Source of the DNA: Octopus sinensis
Taxonomy: Eukaryota
Direction: 5' to 3'
Assembly: GCF_006345805.1 (NCBI RefSeq)
Contig: NC_043008.1
Location: forward strand, 20,274,001-20,338,000
DNA length: 64,000 nucleotides
Positions 27,121 to 41,310 of this stretch are shown in pieces. The position numbers and the translations under genes were made by a program. Position 1 is the stretch's first letter. Every line of letters begins with the position of its first letter. The notes under the pieces were generated by a model, which did not search any database, was not told where the DNA came from, and saw nothing but the letters and a program-made list of their open reading frames with translations.

Positions 27121-28011
27121 CACTGACTATGTGACCTCTGCCACTTACACCCCAAAGAAGCCAAATTCACAACCGAGTCCTAGAACATGAGATACTGACG
27201 TCCACGTCTTGAATATGAAGACGATTAGAACAGCATTCGATAATAGAACCACGAGGGTTTCAACTAAGATTTTCTCAGGTAAATATTGGAAGCACAGTTT
27301 AATGGATCATTGCAATCATGATGCCAGAGCATGGAAATATATATTTGCACGTGATTTGTCCCTCCGCATGCGATAAAGTACCAACGACCAGCTGGGTATG
27401 ACTGATTTTACCCCTTCTATTTAATGTCACTTGTTATGCCCAAATTAGAAGCGATTATTATTTGACAGAAAGAAATAAAATGGCTCTTTGTTAGAGGAGC
27501 TCTATCTCTCTCTAGCTCTCCCTATTACACAAAAAGAACAATTATACATACATACATATATATCTATCTATATATGTATGTATGAATGTATACACGTAAA
27601 TCTATTCATACATACATTTACATACATACATTATTCAGAGTGTGTGCATGAACAGGCATGGCAGAGATAATATCGTAGTTCGTTAAATATTTCGATTTCT
27701 CAAAGAAGGAAAACAAATGAATCGTAAACCGAAAATAATATGGTTAATGAAGTAAATGCTATTTTCTATCACTGTCAAAAACGTTTCGCTAATTTCTCAA
27801 GTGAAACTATTTGCCAATCTTATAAAATCATTTGATTTTATGGCAGCTTTAATGGCCGAATTTATAAGGTGTTCAATGAATATGTTTTATTCTTAACTGA
27901 AATAGTACAATGAGTTTCTGAAATTATACCAATTCGAATAGAGGAAATTGAAAATACGGCGTAGTTTCTCCACATACATATATTAATCTCTCTTCCCTCT
28001 GCCTCTCTTTC

Positions 28012-28072
<61 letters not shown>

Positions 28073-28174
28073 TATATACATATATATATATATCTATATA
28101 TATATATATATAATATATACATATATATATATATATACATATATATACATATATATATTATATACATATATATA

Positions 28175-28210
<36 letters not shown>

Positions 28211-28239
28211 CATATATATATATATATATACATATAATA

Positions 28240-28369
<130 letters not shown>

Positions 28370-28699
28370 CATATATAATTGTGTATGTATACATCCACAA
28401 GCGCATATCTGTATTGTTTCTTTATTTATTTAAGTTTTGATAACGCATCGTTTTATTCCCGAAAAATAGCCTCATAGGCTTTTTGTTAAATTTTACTTCT
28501 TGCAGTTATATACAGTGTACTTTGTTTATCGTTTTTGATGCATCATTTCCCATTATCTTTATTTCCATTTTGGTTTCCATTCCACAAACTTGCCAAAAAG
28601 CTAACGAAACTATTCAAAGAAATGGAATGGGTCTCCGATATATTCTTATGGATAAATGAATTAACTGCAAAAGTATAATAACAATATAACCGAAACAGC

Positions 28700-28946
28700 C
28701 GGTAGTAACTACACAGAATGTAACAACTATCTTTTAAGAACCGAGTATCTAACATGCTAACAAGAACTGTAAAATTTGAAGTATCAACACATAAACTGTG
28801 GAAGTAGCACGGACCCCCCACCCTTACTCAGACTGCTATTATTTATGTGCAGTGGTCTAGTCCATTCTTACCAGGGGGTGTCGTACTCTTGCAGAACATT
28901 TCCCCTTGTCAGATTTCGTGTTCCAAAGGATTAAAGAAATTATATG

Positions 28947-28998
<52 letters not shown>

Positions 28999-31535
28999 CA
29001 TAGTATCTCTTTTGCTTAGGCATTTTCTCAAGATGTTCGGTCTGTTCTCATTTTCTCATGCTAGTTCTACGGGACTCTATTACATTTAGTACTGGTACAT
29101 TGAACATTTCACAGAATACTTCCATGGGAATTTCTTCCTGATATTGAACACCCCTCTTCCGTAGTTGGTTTATACCTCTCTTATGTTTACCGTGTGAGCC
29201 TTTAATTTGGTACACCATACCTCCATTTTTCTGGTAACAAAACCATTTTCACAGCCATCTTCCCATTTTTACCGTTTCTAGAGATTTTGAAATGCACTTT
29301 ATCTCAACGTATTTGCTCGGCTCTTTCGTATTTTCTATACCACTTATTTCTTTGGTAATAGCTTATCAAAAATTGATTTTACTCTTCTTGCGAACATCAA
29401 TTCTGCCAGAGAGTTACCTAAATTTGTACTTAGATTTAGGGTTCACTCTTTATATTCTTAAGAAATTAGCTAGCGCGAAACATGAATCACTGGTTTTGTA
29501 CTTTCGTCTTCATATTTATGAAGTAGAACTGCTCCGAATCTGATCACGGAAGGATCATACGCTACAATGTCCATTTCGGGATCGTAATGTGCGAACGACA
29601 AGCCTTCGATTAGAATTATTTTTATTTCTTCAAAAGTGTTCTGGAAATTAGTGTACTAATTCCACTTTACTCGTTCAATGGAGCTCTTTTAGCAATGTAG
29701 TTTTGATAATAGTTTGCCAACCCAAGAAATGCGCTTGTAGATTTGGAATATTTGTCGGTTCAGGCAAATTCCTTATTGCGTCTGCCCACGACGGTTCAGG
29801 ACGCCTACCGCTTTTATCAATTATTTGCCCTAAGTATTAAATTTAGGGTAGACAAATATCGCATCTTTAGTCACTCAAACTGAACCCGAAAACTCTAATT
29901 TACCTAAACGCAGCTTTTATGTATCTCACATGTTTACGAGAATTACTCTCGATCAAAATATCGTCCAAGTATGGGATTGCAAATTCACAACCCGATAACA
30001 TATTATCTATGATTTTCTGGAATACTGCTGGGGCCACTTTCAATCTAAAATATAATCGTGTGTATCTGTACAATCCTCTGTATTTATCTTCAAATATTTT
30101 AAGCATTTTTCGTTTACTTTCATCTGTAAACAGGTTTCACACAGAACTAATTTGGAAAATAATTTTCTAACATTTAACTTTGAAAAAATGTCCTCTGCAG
30201 TCGGGAGTGGATGGTGGTATGTTTATTAAGCACTCCTGTTCAATCCTGTAAAGAAATCGGCGAACAGCCTAATCTTTTTTATTTATTAAATTACATACCG
30301 TGGGTGCCACCCACCTTTTTGATGACTCTACTCTTTTCGAGTCTATCCAAATTTTCATTTACGGTTTCAGTTGCCGCCAACGGTAATTTTCTGCTTGCTT
30401 TAAATAGAAATACAACGTTTTCAATTACTTGGAAATAGGCTACCGTCATTCTACATAGATCTAAATCCACTGGTAACACTTGCGGGAACATTTATTTTTA
30501 TTTCAGTTCTTTCTCCAGTTCTCCCGAAAACTTGTTTTTAACGGGACAACCATTTATGTTATTGCAATAAAGATTTATGGGGAGGTGCAATAAATCGAAT
30601 ATTTCTAACCAATCTCTGTCAAAAAGATTGATTCTATTTTCAACAACGAATAATTTTGCTTCGCGTGTCTCTTCTCGAAGTGTGGCGTCGACACAATTTA
30701 TAAAAAAGGTGACGTCGATGTAATTTATTGCCTGTTACACCACGCGCTATTTTCGCTGTTTTAAATAATCTCGATTCGCCTTTTTTTTTTTCCAAGTATC
30801 CGCATTTATAATCGAGATGTCACTACTTGTGTCTAACTGTAATTTGGTATTCACAGAATTTATTTTTACGTGCACGAATTTTTTTCATTTCCCGTAGCAA
30901 TCAATCTCTGCTGAAAACTCCTTAGAACTTTTTGTACTTGAATGTCGTAATCTTGTTCTGCAATGAGAACCCCTGTGACCCAGCATCCGACAACTATAGT
31001 ACCTTTTGTTTGTAAACGGACAATACTTTTTGTAGTGTATGCCTCCTCAGCCATTACACAGATTGGGGCCTGACACATTATATTTTTTGTGTTTCTTGGG
31101 ACGACACATTTGAATTTTTGCAGAACCATTATTTTGTATTTTTTTCACATCATGTTTAAGACTTACCGTAGTTCGATTTTCTTCAGTGAGGGTCTGTAGA
31201 GATAAACTTTGGTTCGCTTCCTCCATTTCCAATATCTGCAGGTGCTATGGTCCTTCGGCGAAGATAAGTGAGGACACTGCCAAAGACACTCGTTACTCAA
31301 ACTTAATCGTTATATAGAAATAGCCGATGCGGTGCTTAGTAAGACAGACCACATTATGTCAAGTCTATCGCTGATAAGTTTTCATTGCTTTTGTTGTCTT
31401 TATTTAACTCCCATTGCTTGGGTTGTTTAACGTTATGCTGTAAAACAGTTGTCTAACGAGACGGAGAGGACAGATACGTCCAAACCTCCGGAAGTTGAAA
31501 CAAGTTCGTAAAAATTTACCAGAAATATATTACAT
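28700..31535 (-). mobile_element. Decayed Ty3/Gypsy LTR retrotransposon (protease, RT, weaker integrase and LTR traces)
   Basis: Protease KLQLDTSSDISIINADTW (~30790-30850). RT GLYRYTRLYFRLKVAPAVFQKIIDNMLSGCEFAIPYLDDILI (29900-30106) and LPLAATETVNENLDRLEKSRVIKKV (30291-30491). Weak integrase-like WTRPLHI..CVDT near 28760-28865. Possible LTR ~31308-31535. Confidence 0.8.
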
Positions 31536-31730
31536 ACATAATTGGGAGTAAATGTAAGTATTGATTAATCGGATGTTGTACTGAGATCAAAGCTGAAAAT
31601 TGATTAAACAAAAACTTTTTTATGTAACTCATCTCAATTCGGATAAATGATGATTTTAATCTTCATAGATTATTAATTTGATAAATATATAAGAATATGT
31701 AATAGACAAATAGATATATATGATAAATAT

Positions 31731-32140
31731 CTGTGTGGTAAGACGCTTGCTTCCCAACCACATGGTTCCGGGTTCAGTTCCACTGCGAGGCACCTTGGGT
31801 GGGTGCCTTCTTCTATAACCTCGGGTTGACCACAGCCTTGTGAGTCGATTTGGAAAACTGATATTGAAAGAAGCCCATCGTATATATTTATATACGTATA
31901 TATTCGTGTGTGTTTGTGTGTGTCCCCTACCCCCGCAATAACTTGACAACCGATGCTGGTGTGTCTATGTTCACTTAACTTAGCGGTTCGGCAAAAGTGA
32001 CCGATAGAATAAGTACTAGGCCTACAAAGAACATGTCCTAGTGGGGGGCGGGCTATTCCTTCGACTAACACCCTTTAAAGCGGTACACCAGCATGGACGC
32101 GGTCACGTGACTGTCACAAGTAAAAGAATATAAGAATAAA
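31731..32140 (+). mobile_element. SINE family A (older subfamily)
   Basis: Colinear match to family A head, body and tail. Confidence 0.88.
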
Positions 32141-32169
32141 ATGATGTTGATATAAATGTTTATATTCTA

Positions 32170-32420
32170 TGTTTTCTTCTTAAGCCTTTCTCTACTCATG
32201 GAGCATGAGTTAGTGACCCATATCCTCCACTGTTCCAGATATTAGGATGTCTTTTCTGCTTCCCTCCAGATAGATTACTGCATTTTTACCTCTACTTCTA
32301 TAGTTTATATGTTCCCATGAGGGGTCATCTTTCTTTCCCATGTCCTATTACTTTTGCCATGTTGTCAATGATTCTCTATATTTGCTTTATAATCGGTAAG
32401 GATGTTGGCCCTAGGCAATC
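32170..32420 (-). mobile_element. RTE-like LINE 3' end, decayed
   Basis: Reverse translation TIEVEVKMQ*SIWREAEKTS*YLEQWRIWVTNSCS resembles the RTE C-terminal W..AE..A.DR..WR..V..LC pattern. Confidence 0.5.
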
Positions 32421-32825
32421 CTACTTTTACCTTTCGGAACACTTGATCCATATTAGTATTTGACAGTCAGCATGGGAAGCCCTACCAAGGTTTAGCGCTC
32501 TGCTGATATAGTTCTCGATGTTATTACGACACACAAGCCTCACATACAAAAAAGGGCAGGACATTCTGGTGGCCATTCTATACCTCTCACTTTTTATTTC
32601 CATTTCGTTTTTGGTTACATGAGCACGAAAAATAAACATTGGTTAATTGACAGTTTAATTAAAGACTGAATGAACGACGTAAAAAGTATACATCTTTAGA
32701 ACTATTCTAAAATTGCTTATCTATAGAGCGTATTACAGCTACACACCTATCGTTAGTTTTCCGAACCTGGGGTTTCTCTGATTATTAAATATTACACCCT
32801 AGTTTATATTTTGACTTTATTTACA

Positions 32826-33312
32826 ATAGGCGCAGGAGTGGCTATAGGCGCAGGGGTGGCTATAGGCGCAGGAGTGGCTATAGGCGCAGGAGTGGCTATA
32901 GGCGCTACTGTGTGGTAGTAGCTTGCTAAACAACCACATGGTTCCGGGTTCAGTCCCACTGCGTGGCATCTTGGGCAAGTGTCTTCTGCTATAACCCCGG
33001 GCCGACCAATGCCTTGTGAGTGGATTTGGTAGACGGAAACTGAAAGAAGCCTGTCGTATATATGTATATATATATGTGTGTGTGTTTGTGTGTCTGTGTG
33101 TCTGTGTTTGTCCCCCTAGCATTGCTTGACAACCGATGCTGGTGTGTTTACGTCCCCGTCACTTACCGGTTCGGCAAAAAAGACTGATAGAATAAGTACT
33201 GGGCTTACAAAGAATAAGTCCTGGGGTCGATTTGCTCTACTAAAGGCGGTGCTCCAGCATGGCCGCAGTCAAATGACTGAAACAAGTAAAAGAGTAAAAG
33301 AGTAAAAGAGTA
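32826..33312 (+). mobile_element. SINE family A with tandemly amplified 18-bp 5' end
   Basis: About 4.4 copies of ataggcgcaggagtggct (32826-32905), then the normal body and a (gtaaaaga)n tail. Confidence 0.9.
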
Positions 33313-34417
33313 TACGTCTATTATTCACCAACATAACTCTCTTTCGATTTCTCTCTGAATACCTCTTCTGAAGTTTTAGCAATGTTCCTAGCTTCAAGAT
33401 GTAGTTCTTTCGGATTTTCAATATGTCTGTAGGCAAATTCGATAAAGTTAAAATTGCATTATATTTTTTTTTTGTTTTGAATTATAATCAATTTATATTT
33501 ATTTACATATTTATTCTATTGTTTCATTGTAACTGCGCATGTCATTCACAACTCCTCAGTACTGTTCATTTTTTCATTGACTGTGTTTCTTTCTCTAACA
33601 GTCCACGAAAAATTATAACCTTTAAATATTCTATTAATGTTTATTTCTCTTTACAAAAAAATATGTTTAGTAGTTGTGTATAAACTGTGCTAAACTGCAA
33701 CTATTGTACTGTGGGTACTCTGAGAACGAATTACATTGTAAATATGATTACTATCAAGCAAGCTAGATATCAGTATGTGTATGTGTGTCTAGTTATATTT
33801 GTAGAGTGTTGTGTACGTAGACATTATGTAAATAGATCAGAGACAGAAAATGGAATTCATAGGATTCTTTTTTTTATAACCCCTTGAATTCTTTCAACTC
33901 ATTTTTGTGCTTATAGCCCATAGCTGAGATGCTCTACCTTTTTTAGGTGACTTTTTTTAATGTTGCTTGCTATATCATCTTGCCGTTTCACTTTGTCGTA
34001 TAATAATGTATAGCTCGGAAGAAGTTTGTATTCTAGCAGTTCTCAGTGGGAACTGAATAACACGATACACTTACAGTCAAACAGAATAAATAGAATACAC
34101 AGATAAAAAATATATGTATATCACCCGAGGAGGTGCATGCTACACCAATGTTGCAAAACAGTTGATTGTACAGCATCTCGACTATGAGTTACAGGTGGGT
34201 GAATGAGTCGAAACAATTGCGGTTTTGGATGAAGAAAATCGGGAATTCTATTTTCTGCCTCTGAACTATTTGTGTGTATTAACACACACGCATATATACA
34301 TATATGTGTGTGTGTGTGTGTGTGTATGCACATACTCTTATTTTGACAAATGGGCAGTAGAGCAAGAAGTACTAACAAAGAATTCGGCGTAAGTGTGAAG
34401 AAAAACCGCACAAACAA

Positions 34418-34540
34418 CATGATTGAAATTCGGGGCAAAGAGAAAGAAAACGCAAAAATACAACTCCGTGATATTTTTGTTCTTCCTCCAAAGCCCTTCC
34501 TATATTTTCTTTACATCGTTATCATAAAATATGCCCCAGA
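34418..34540 (+). repeat. ~120-bp direct repeat, partner at 36214-36335
   Basis: catgattgaaattcggggcaaagagaaa...aactccgtgatattt...tttctttacatcg.tatcataaaatatg is present twice with scattered substitutions. Confidence 0.85.
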
Positions 34541-34699
34541 TTATTTTGTTTTCTATTTTGACTTATTTAGTTTCCTTGTACACTTATTTAGCCTTTGTGT
34601 GTATGTTACCTTTTTGCTTTATATTTCTACGCATTTCAGACACGTGCTTTCGCCTGTCTGAGTACGTGTAGTATTTTGTTTGCTTCTGTTTTGCCTCAG

Positions 34700-35139
34700 A
34701 TCCCTACTTCTTAACATAGTCACCGTTTCCCTCAATAGCAATATTCCACCTTCGAATGAGAGCATATATCCCTGCCTCGTAAAATTCTGCTGACTGTTCT
34801 TTGAGCTACTTCTTCACTACAGTTTTCACTTCATCGCCACTGGACTAACATCTCTTCGGCCCCATGAAAGATTGTTTGGGAGGCAAACATTATTCCAGTA
34901 ACGAGGAAGGGAAAACTGTAGTGAAGAAGTGACTCAAAGGCCAGTCAACAGAATTTTACGGGACACAGATACATTATCTCATTCGAAGGTGAAACATTGC
35001 TATTGAGAGAAACGATGAATAGGTTGAGAAGTAGAAATGTGATCCACAGAGAACCAGCTTCATTTTGATGATACATGTTCCTGTGTTGGTAATTATTCCT
35101 GTCCTAAACAAAATGGCATTACTTTTTGACTCACCCTTG
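34700..35139 (+). mobile_element. mariner transposon 3' remnant with inverted duplication
   Basis: Encodes HLFGPMKDCLGGKHYSSNEEGKTVVKK*LKGQSTEFY...RR*NIAIERNDE*VEK* (mariner C-terminus) and ends in the TIR attactttttgactcacccttg|TA. 34700-34844 is the reverse complement of 34894-35040. Confidence 0.8.
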
Positions 35140-35769
35140 TACAAACTCAGGTAAATACACACGCACACGCACACAGACACCTATATTTATATAGTAGGAA
35201 ATTCTCATAGAAATACCGTCTGATATTATTATATGACTTTCATACTTCCTAAATATTTCTATTCGTTTATTATATTGCAAATTATATAATACTATATATT
35301 TTTTTCTATTAAACTCATGTATGCATTTGTTTCGTCTATAGAATACGAACAGAGAATTATAATCTTTGGAAAGAAAATTCCGGTGAGCACAGTTGTTACG
35401 ATAAACCAGTCTTACAGGACTACACTATAAATACATGTAAGTTCACACTCTCTTTCTTGCTTAGTAAACTTATTATGGAAAGCACATTTAATGATATATT
35501 TTTAACACGGTGATTTTTTACTTGGTACTAACATTTTCGTATGTCTCGTGAGAGTCACGTTCGTAAAATATAAATTTATCTTAAGAGTATAAAAAGTTTG
35601 TGTGGCTCTGTAGTAAGAAGTTTGCTTAACAACCACATTAAGAAATATTCATTTTATTACCTGAAAATAATTTTACGCTCAGAGTAACAGATTGAATAAT
35701 CAGTTGTTTGAAAATAGACAAACATGACCGCAAGAACCGTCTGTTCTTTCTCCACTTTCTCACAATAAA

Positions 35770-36150
35770 GGTAAGAAGCTTGCTCTCCAAACACATTGTT
35801 CCAGATTCAGTCTTCTTATTTGAAACTTTGGACAAGTGTTTTCTACTATAGCTTCGGGCCGACCAGAGTCTTGTGAAAGGATTTAGTAAAAGAAGCCCGT
35901 CGTATATACACACGTGTGTGTGTGTATGAGAGAGAGTGTCTGCCTTTGTGGATGTGTTTGTCTGCCACCACTTGATAACCAGTATCGGTGTGTTTACATC
36001 CGTATGACCTAGCGGTTTGGGAAAGAGACCGATAGAATAAATGCCAGGCTTTAAAATATAAATCCGGGGGTTGATTCATTGGACTTTAAGTTCTCCAAGG
36101 CTCTTTCCCAGCATGGCCACAGTCTAATGACTGAAGCATGTAAAAGAAAT
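35770..36150 (+). mobile_element. SINE family A, diverged (extra head fragment at 35601-35637)
   Basis: Colinear degenerate match to family A. Confidence 0.8.
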
Positions 36151-37419
36151 GGTAAAGATATAAATCGCCTCACCCGTAACTACTATATGACTGAATAATT
36201 TTTTTGAATCCACCATGATTAAAATTCGAGGCAAAGAGAAAATAAAAGCAAAAATATAACTCCGTGATATTTCTGTTCTGCCTCCAAAGCTCTTCCTTTA
36301 TTTTCTTTACATCGCTATCATAAAATATGTCCCAACTATCATAAAATACGTATACCAACTTCACCTGTTATGTTTTATAATCACTCACAATATAAATCTA
36401 CAATAATATTTAAGTAAACATTGCATATTTTCACCCACCTCCGCCAGCTTACCTAAAGAATGGTATTACTTTCTTTTCAGTTCGTAAATATGTATTAAAC
36501 ATCATTGTATGTGTGTTCACCATTACTTTTCCAACAGTAGAATGTTTATAATAATAGCTGTATATATAATTCGAGCAAAATTTCAGAAATGAATTATTTC
36601 ACGTTCTATCAAAACTTTCTAAATTATATATGAACCACATTTTGCAAATAATATTTATTTTACCATTATATCAAAGAAGAAAAGCCTACACCGCGCCTCT
36701 ATCGAACATAAAGAACGAAATACAAATCCCGCTTTTACTGAAATTTGTATTAACAATGAAATTTCAATACGACAATGCAATTACTCCAGTGACTTCGCAG
36801 TTCTCTCTAAACAATTATAGTTTTAAGAATCTGTCTTTGAATTTCACTTTGGCAAAATGTATTACACAGATGCCTCAAGCATATATGCATTTCTAACTAA
36901 TATTTATCAAATAATTTACGCTATATTTACCAGCTACAATGGCGAATATATATGTGCTTACAATAATATCAATCGAGAATATAGAATATCGTTCTTATTA
37001 AGTTTACATTGATAATAGTCCAATTTGGTGAATAACATATTCTAAATATGAACATATTTTATGAATGTTTGTTTCGTTGTATGTATTATAGGGAAATATA
37101 TCAGATCGTAGAATTAGTTTTCGTTCATCTACCAACTAAGATTACATATCAGGCGATATATGTTCCTGTTGTTCAGTACAGGCTTGCCTTAATTGTGCAT
37201 TGATATAATAAACAACAGTTCATTCCGCATTCTCTAGTCATGATTGTAAATTTACTTTACTTAGGACCAGATTATCTAAGGTGTTTTTATTCTGAAGACA
37301 GTAGCACAAATTTGAAGGGAAATCTTCTTGCTATTTCTGTTCGGTCGAATGACTCATCAGAAACCTCGTCATTGACACCTCTGGCTTTCATCAAATGATT
37401 CCATTAACATATCTTGATC

Positions 37420-37486
<67 letters not shown>

Positions 37487-38071
37487 TTGCCATGGTGCAG
37501 CATAACACCCTGATGCAGTAGTAGGCAGTGGCTCTCAATGCCTTGATTCAGTACCAGGTTGTGGCTCACATGGCTTTTGATTGGAAGTGTTATCATGTAC
37601 ATGTTTTGTCTTGGTATGAAAATATAGGTGACAGCAAATATTTCACTCAATACCAAAGGTGTGTTTGTCAACTGCTTGATCTTAATCAATCGGTCAAGTC
37701 CCTAGTGGCTGATGTATTCATCTCTGATCACGAGCAAAAGTATTGCGGAAGCACCATAGCCATGTGTTAAGAGGAATTCTTTGTGGTTTAAATAATTCAT
37801 CTCTAGAAACATAGGTGTTTCATTTATCATCCCTAAAGAAAACTTCTTCGGGGGTCTTTTGAGCAAAAGGGGTTACTCGACCAGCAGTAAATTCTAACTG
37901 GGTCGCACCTGCAAGGTCATGCGCTGGTTATCTTGATATGAAATCACCATTTCGCGCACATACAGTTGTGATGCATGTGTCTGGTGCATGCTTGTCAGAC
38001 AGGTAGTCGTGTTGGGGATATTGGGCTTCGCATATTTGTACCCCAGGGTCACTTTGATGGCATGCGCTGCT
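37487..38071 (+). mobile_element. Repeat family D, second copy, after (AAT)n at 37420-37486
   Basis: Colinear with 23004-23493, with a duplicated head. Confidence 0.8.
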
Positions 38072-38089
38072 TGTCGATTAATCCTGGGA

Positions 38090-38234
38090 TTTAGCTGGTA
38101 CTAATTTTACCGTCTTCGAAAGGATGAAATGCAAAGTCGAACTCGGCAGCATTTGAATTCAGAACGTAAAGACGGACAAAATGCCGCTTAGCATTTCTGT
38201 CCGGAATGATAACAGTTGTGCCAGCTCGGCGCCT
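38090..38234 (-). mobile_element. SINE family C fragment
   Basis: gaaaggatgaaatgcaaagtcgaactcggcagcatttgaattcagaacgtaaagac...gccagctcggcgcctt. Confidence 0.8.
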
Positions 38235-39622
38235 TAGTTTCAAATTTTAACTTAAGATCTGTAACTTCAGGACAGATGGAGTAGTCAATTACACTGATGC
38301 GAGTACTCGACTTCTCATGTAAACCTCACCTCATTAAAAAAAACATTTCTCTGACTCTCTAACAATTCTACCATCTCACCAACTTATTATTGATATTGAC
38401 AATAAAATAGGTAATGTGATGAAATTACAAATATGAAGCAAAATTATGAAGCAAGAACTGGAATTAAATATTGCTAATAAAAAAAAAAATTCCAAACAAT
38501 CATGACGAGAGAAAATTAATTAATCAGAAGTAATGAAGTAAATAATTTTTTCAGATGTATTTATTATCTTACTTTAAAAGACGAAAGTGAATAGGCGGAG
38601 TGAACAGGAAATGAAAATAATGCCGACGTGCTGGATATCGAAAATTTCTATAAATATTTTTTTTTCAGAAGTTTGGAACGCAAAATCTCTCCTTGTCTTG
38701 TCGTTTTTGTGTTTGCTTTGCAAGATTCTTGTTATGAATTCGTGTACTGAAATGTTTTGCTTGATGTTTCATTGATTAACCGAATGATTATCGAAACGAA
38801 CGATAAGTTACTTTCGTGAATAACGAACACATTGACGAATAATAAAAAAGACGTGAAACGCAACCTCTGCATGTTATTACTGGCGTAATAATAACACCCC
38901 AGACATGCAACGAAATATTGCAACCTTTTATTAATGATACTTGATTGTGACAAGATTTTGAATAAGGATTCTTCAGGGCACGCAAAGTTCAACATGCATT
39001 GTCTAGAACTTTATGTTATGTTTTGTTAAATTATGTGGCTCAATGTGCCTTGGTGTATAATTTCGAACCACTAACCTAGCGTGCAGTATAGAATGCCATA
39101 AACTATTGGTTTCAACTCTCTAAACTCTGAATTCAAATGACGTCATTAAAAAACTTGGTATCAATCGGTGAGATCGTTAAAGAAAATATCACTCAAATAC
39201 TGATGTCAATTTCTCTACCGAACACGCACACAAACACACACATACTTTCTATCTCACTCTCTATTTCACTCTCTATCTCACTCTCTCTCTCTTTCAATCT
39301 TTCAAACAAACACACGCACGCACACACGCACACACACACATACACACACCATGTTTTAATTTGGTCTCGCTTCAAACATGCCTCGTAAGAAGTCTCAAAA
39401 CTAGTGTGTTCGCAAACGTTGGCCCACAAAATAATGACCAGTATGTATCTACATCAAACACTTTCTTATCTTATATTATGTCGGTGGGCTTAAACTAACA
39501 TATTGAATTCAGGTTCGTAATATCATCAGCGTGGTCCAATGACTGGGTAGTACATTGCAACGATGGCCAAAAGACTCTACTTCATTTTATTTCACTCCGT
39601 TAAGCTGAAGCATGCGCAACAT

Positions 39623-40048
39623 AGGCGGAGGCATTGCTGTGTGGTAAGTAGCTTGCTTACCAACCACATGGTTCCGGGTTCAGTCCCACTCGATGACATC
39701 CTGGGCAAGTGTCTTCTACTATAGCCTTGTGCAGACCAAAGCCTTGTGAGTGGATTCGGTAGATGGAAACTGAAAGATGCCTGTCGTATATATATATGTA
39801 TCTATACGTGTGTGAGTAGGTGGGTGGGTGTCTGTGTAGATGTTTGTGTGTCTGTTTCACCTCTCCTCCCACATCTATTGACAACTGATGTTGGTGTGTT
39901 TATGTTCCCGTAACTTAGCGGTTCGACAAAAGAACCGATAAGATAAGCACTAGGCCTGCAAAGAATAAGTCTTGAGGTCGATTTGTACGACTAAAGGCGG
40001 TGCTCCAGCATGACCGCAGTGAAATGACTAAAACAAATAAAGGTAAAA
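39623..40048 (+). mobile_element. SINE family A
   Basis: Full colinear match. Confidence 0.88.
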
Positions 40049-40269
40049 CCTAATGCTTCACCTCTCGCTGTCACATTACTGACTTTTCAAATGGGTCAAG
40101 ATTAGAAGTGTTCAGAGGCTATTTGTAACGAATGATGACTTCGCAGCATCTTAAAATATCGTTAAAAAAACATGGTACACAATTCTGTGTGATGGCTACA
40201 GTGCATCCTGATCAAGAGACGGGGCACATGACTTCGGTACTTGCTTTGCTCTACAATGTCGTATTATAG

Positions 40270-40576
40270 ATAATATCACGTGATTACATGATCGACCACG
40301 CTATCGGACGTTGCTATACACTGCGGGTCACAATACGCTTCGCAATGTTATACCCTTTGAGTGATGCCACCCCCGCTGGTAAGGCGTGCAGGCCGACATT
40401 CCCCACTGATCGGATGGTTGATCCGTGGCAGGGTTACTCGTTTACAGCTGAATTTCCTGGAGCAACATGCAATGAAGTGTTTTATGAAGAACACAACGCA
40501 CCGCCCGATACGTGAATCGATCCTACGATCTGGCGATTGAGAGTGCGACATCCTGACTACTAGGCCATATGCCTTC
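40270..40576 (-). mobile_element. SINE family B-related copy
   Basis: Reverse head gaaggcatatggcctagtagtcagg...ggatcgattc and body gttgtgttcttcataaaacacttcattgcatgttgctccag. Confidence 0.7.
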
Positions 40577-41059
40577 ATATATGTAATAAACAAATATTAG
40601 CATAATTTGTAGATCATGTAACAAAATGATTTGCTCTATTAATCAAAATATACCCTGGGTTTTATTTTAAATTTCACCATTGATGTATAAAATTAGTATC
40701 GGTCAAATATTTCAGCAATTTAAATCTTTTGTGATCTTTGTCCACATTCGCCGCCTTGTGTCAAAGGTCGTATTCAATAAATAATATCGATTTATGAAGA
40801 TGCAGAATGAGAGGTTATTGATTTTGTTTCACTATTGCTACCAATGACATTGAGAAAAACGTGGACATTAAAACTGAGGCTTTACATTTGACATGAATTA
40901 TATTAAAATAATATTCACCCTAACAAATGCAATACTTCTTCCCATAAAGAAGTCTGTTTTGTTCGAAAACAAACCCCTAATTCTGGTATAAAATGATTCT
41001 ATCAATTATCAAAATCATCTATATTCCTAAACATTGCGAATACATTCCCTACACTTCTA

Positions 41060-41310
41060 CTTGTTTATCTCCCGAGTCTAGAAGTGTTGGGATCAAGAAC
41101 CTGCGCAATCTCCTGTCCCAGCTGCAATTTATCGCTTTACTTGGCCAGTGTCAGAGAAGCTAGCTCACAGCTTTGTAGTCTTTCCGCCTTTGGTGATCAA
41201 TGATTTCAACCTTTTGTCTCTACGTTCTTCAAAAGCTTTTAGATAATCACTGCTCGCCTAAGAACTAACGTTTCTAGTTCTATCTGCAAAAGACATCACC
41301 AGCATTCCTC
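41060..41310 (-). mobile_element. Possible RTE LINE 3' remnant
   Basis: Reverse translation pieces ADRTR...KAFEERRDKRLK...RRKDYK...GDCA resemble the RTE C-terminus; heavily decayed. Confidence 0.35.

Noticed and set aside
32826-32905. Short direct-repeat array superficially like CRISPR
   Set aside because: There are no spacers; it is a tandemly repeated SINE head in eukaryotic DNA.
37330-37365. Minus-strand CTGATGA-GTC-ATTC-GAC-CGAAC
   Set aside because: Lacks a proper GAAA, stem III and stem I; probably chance within another old repeat.
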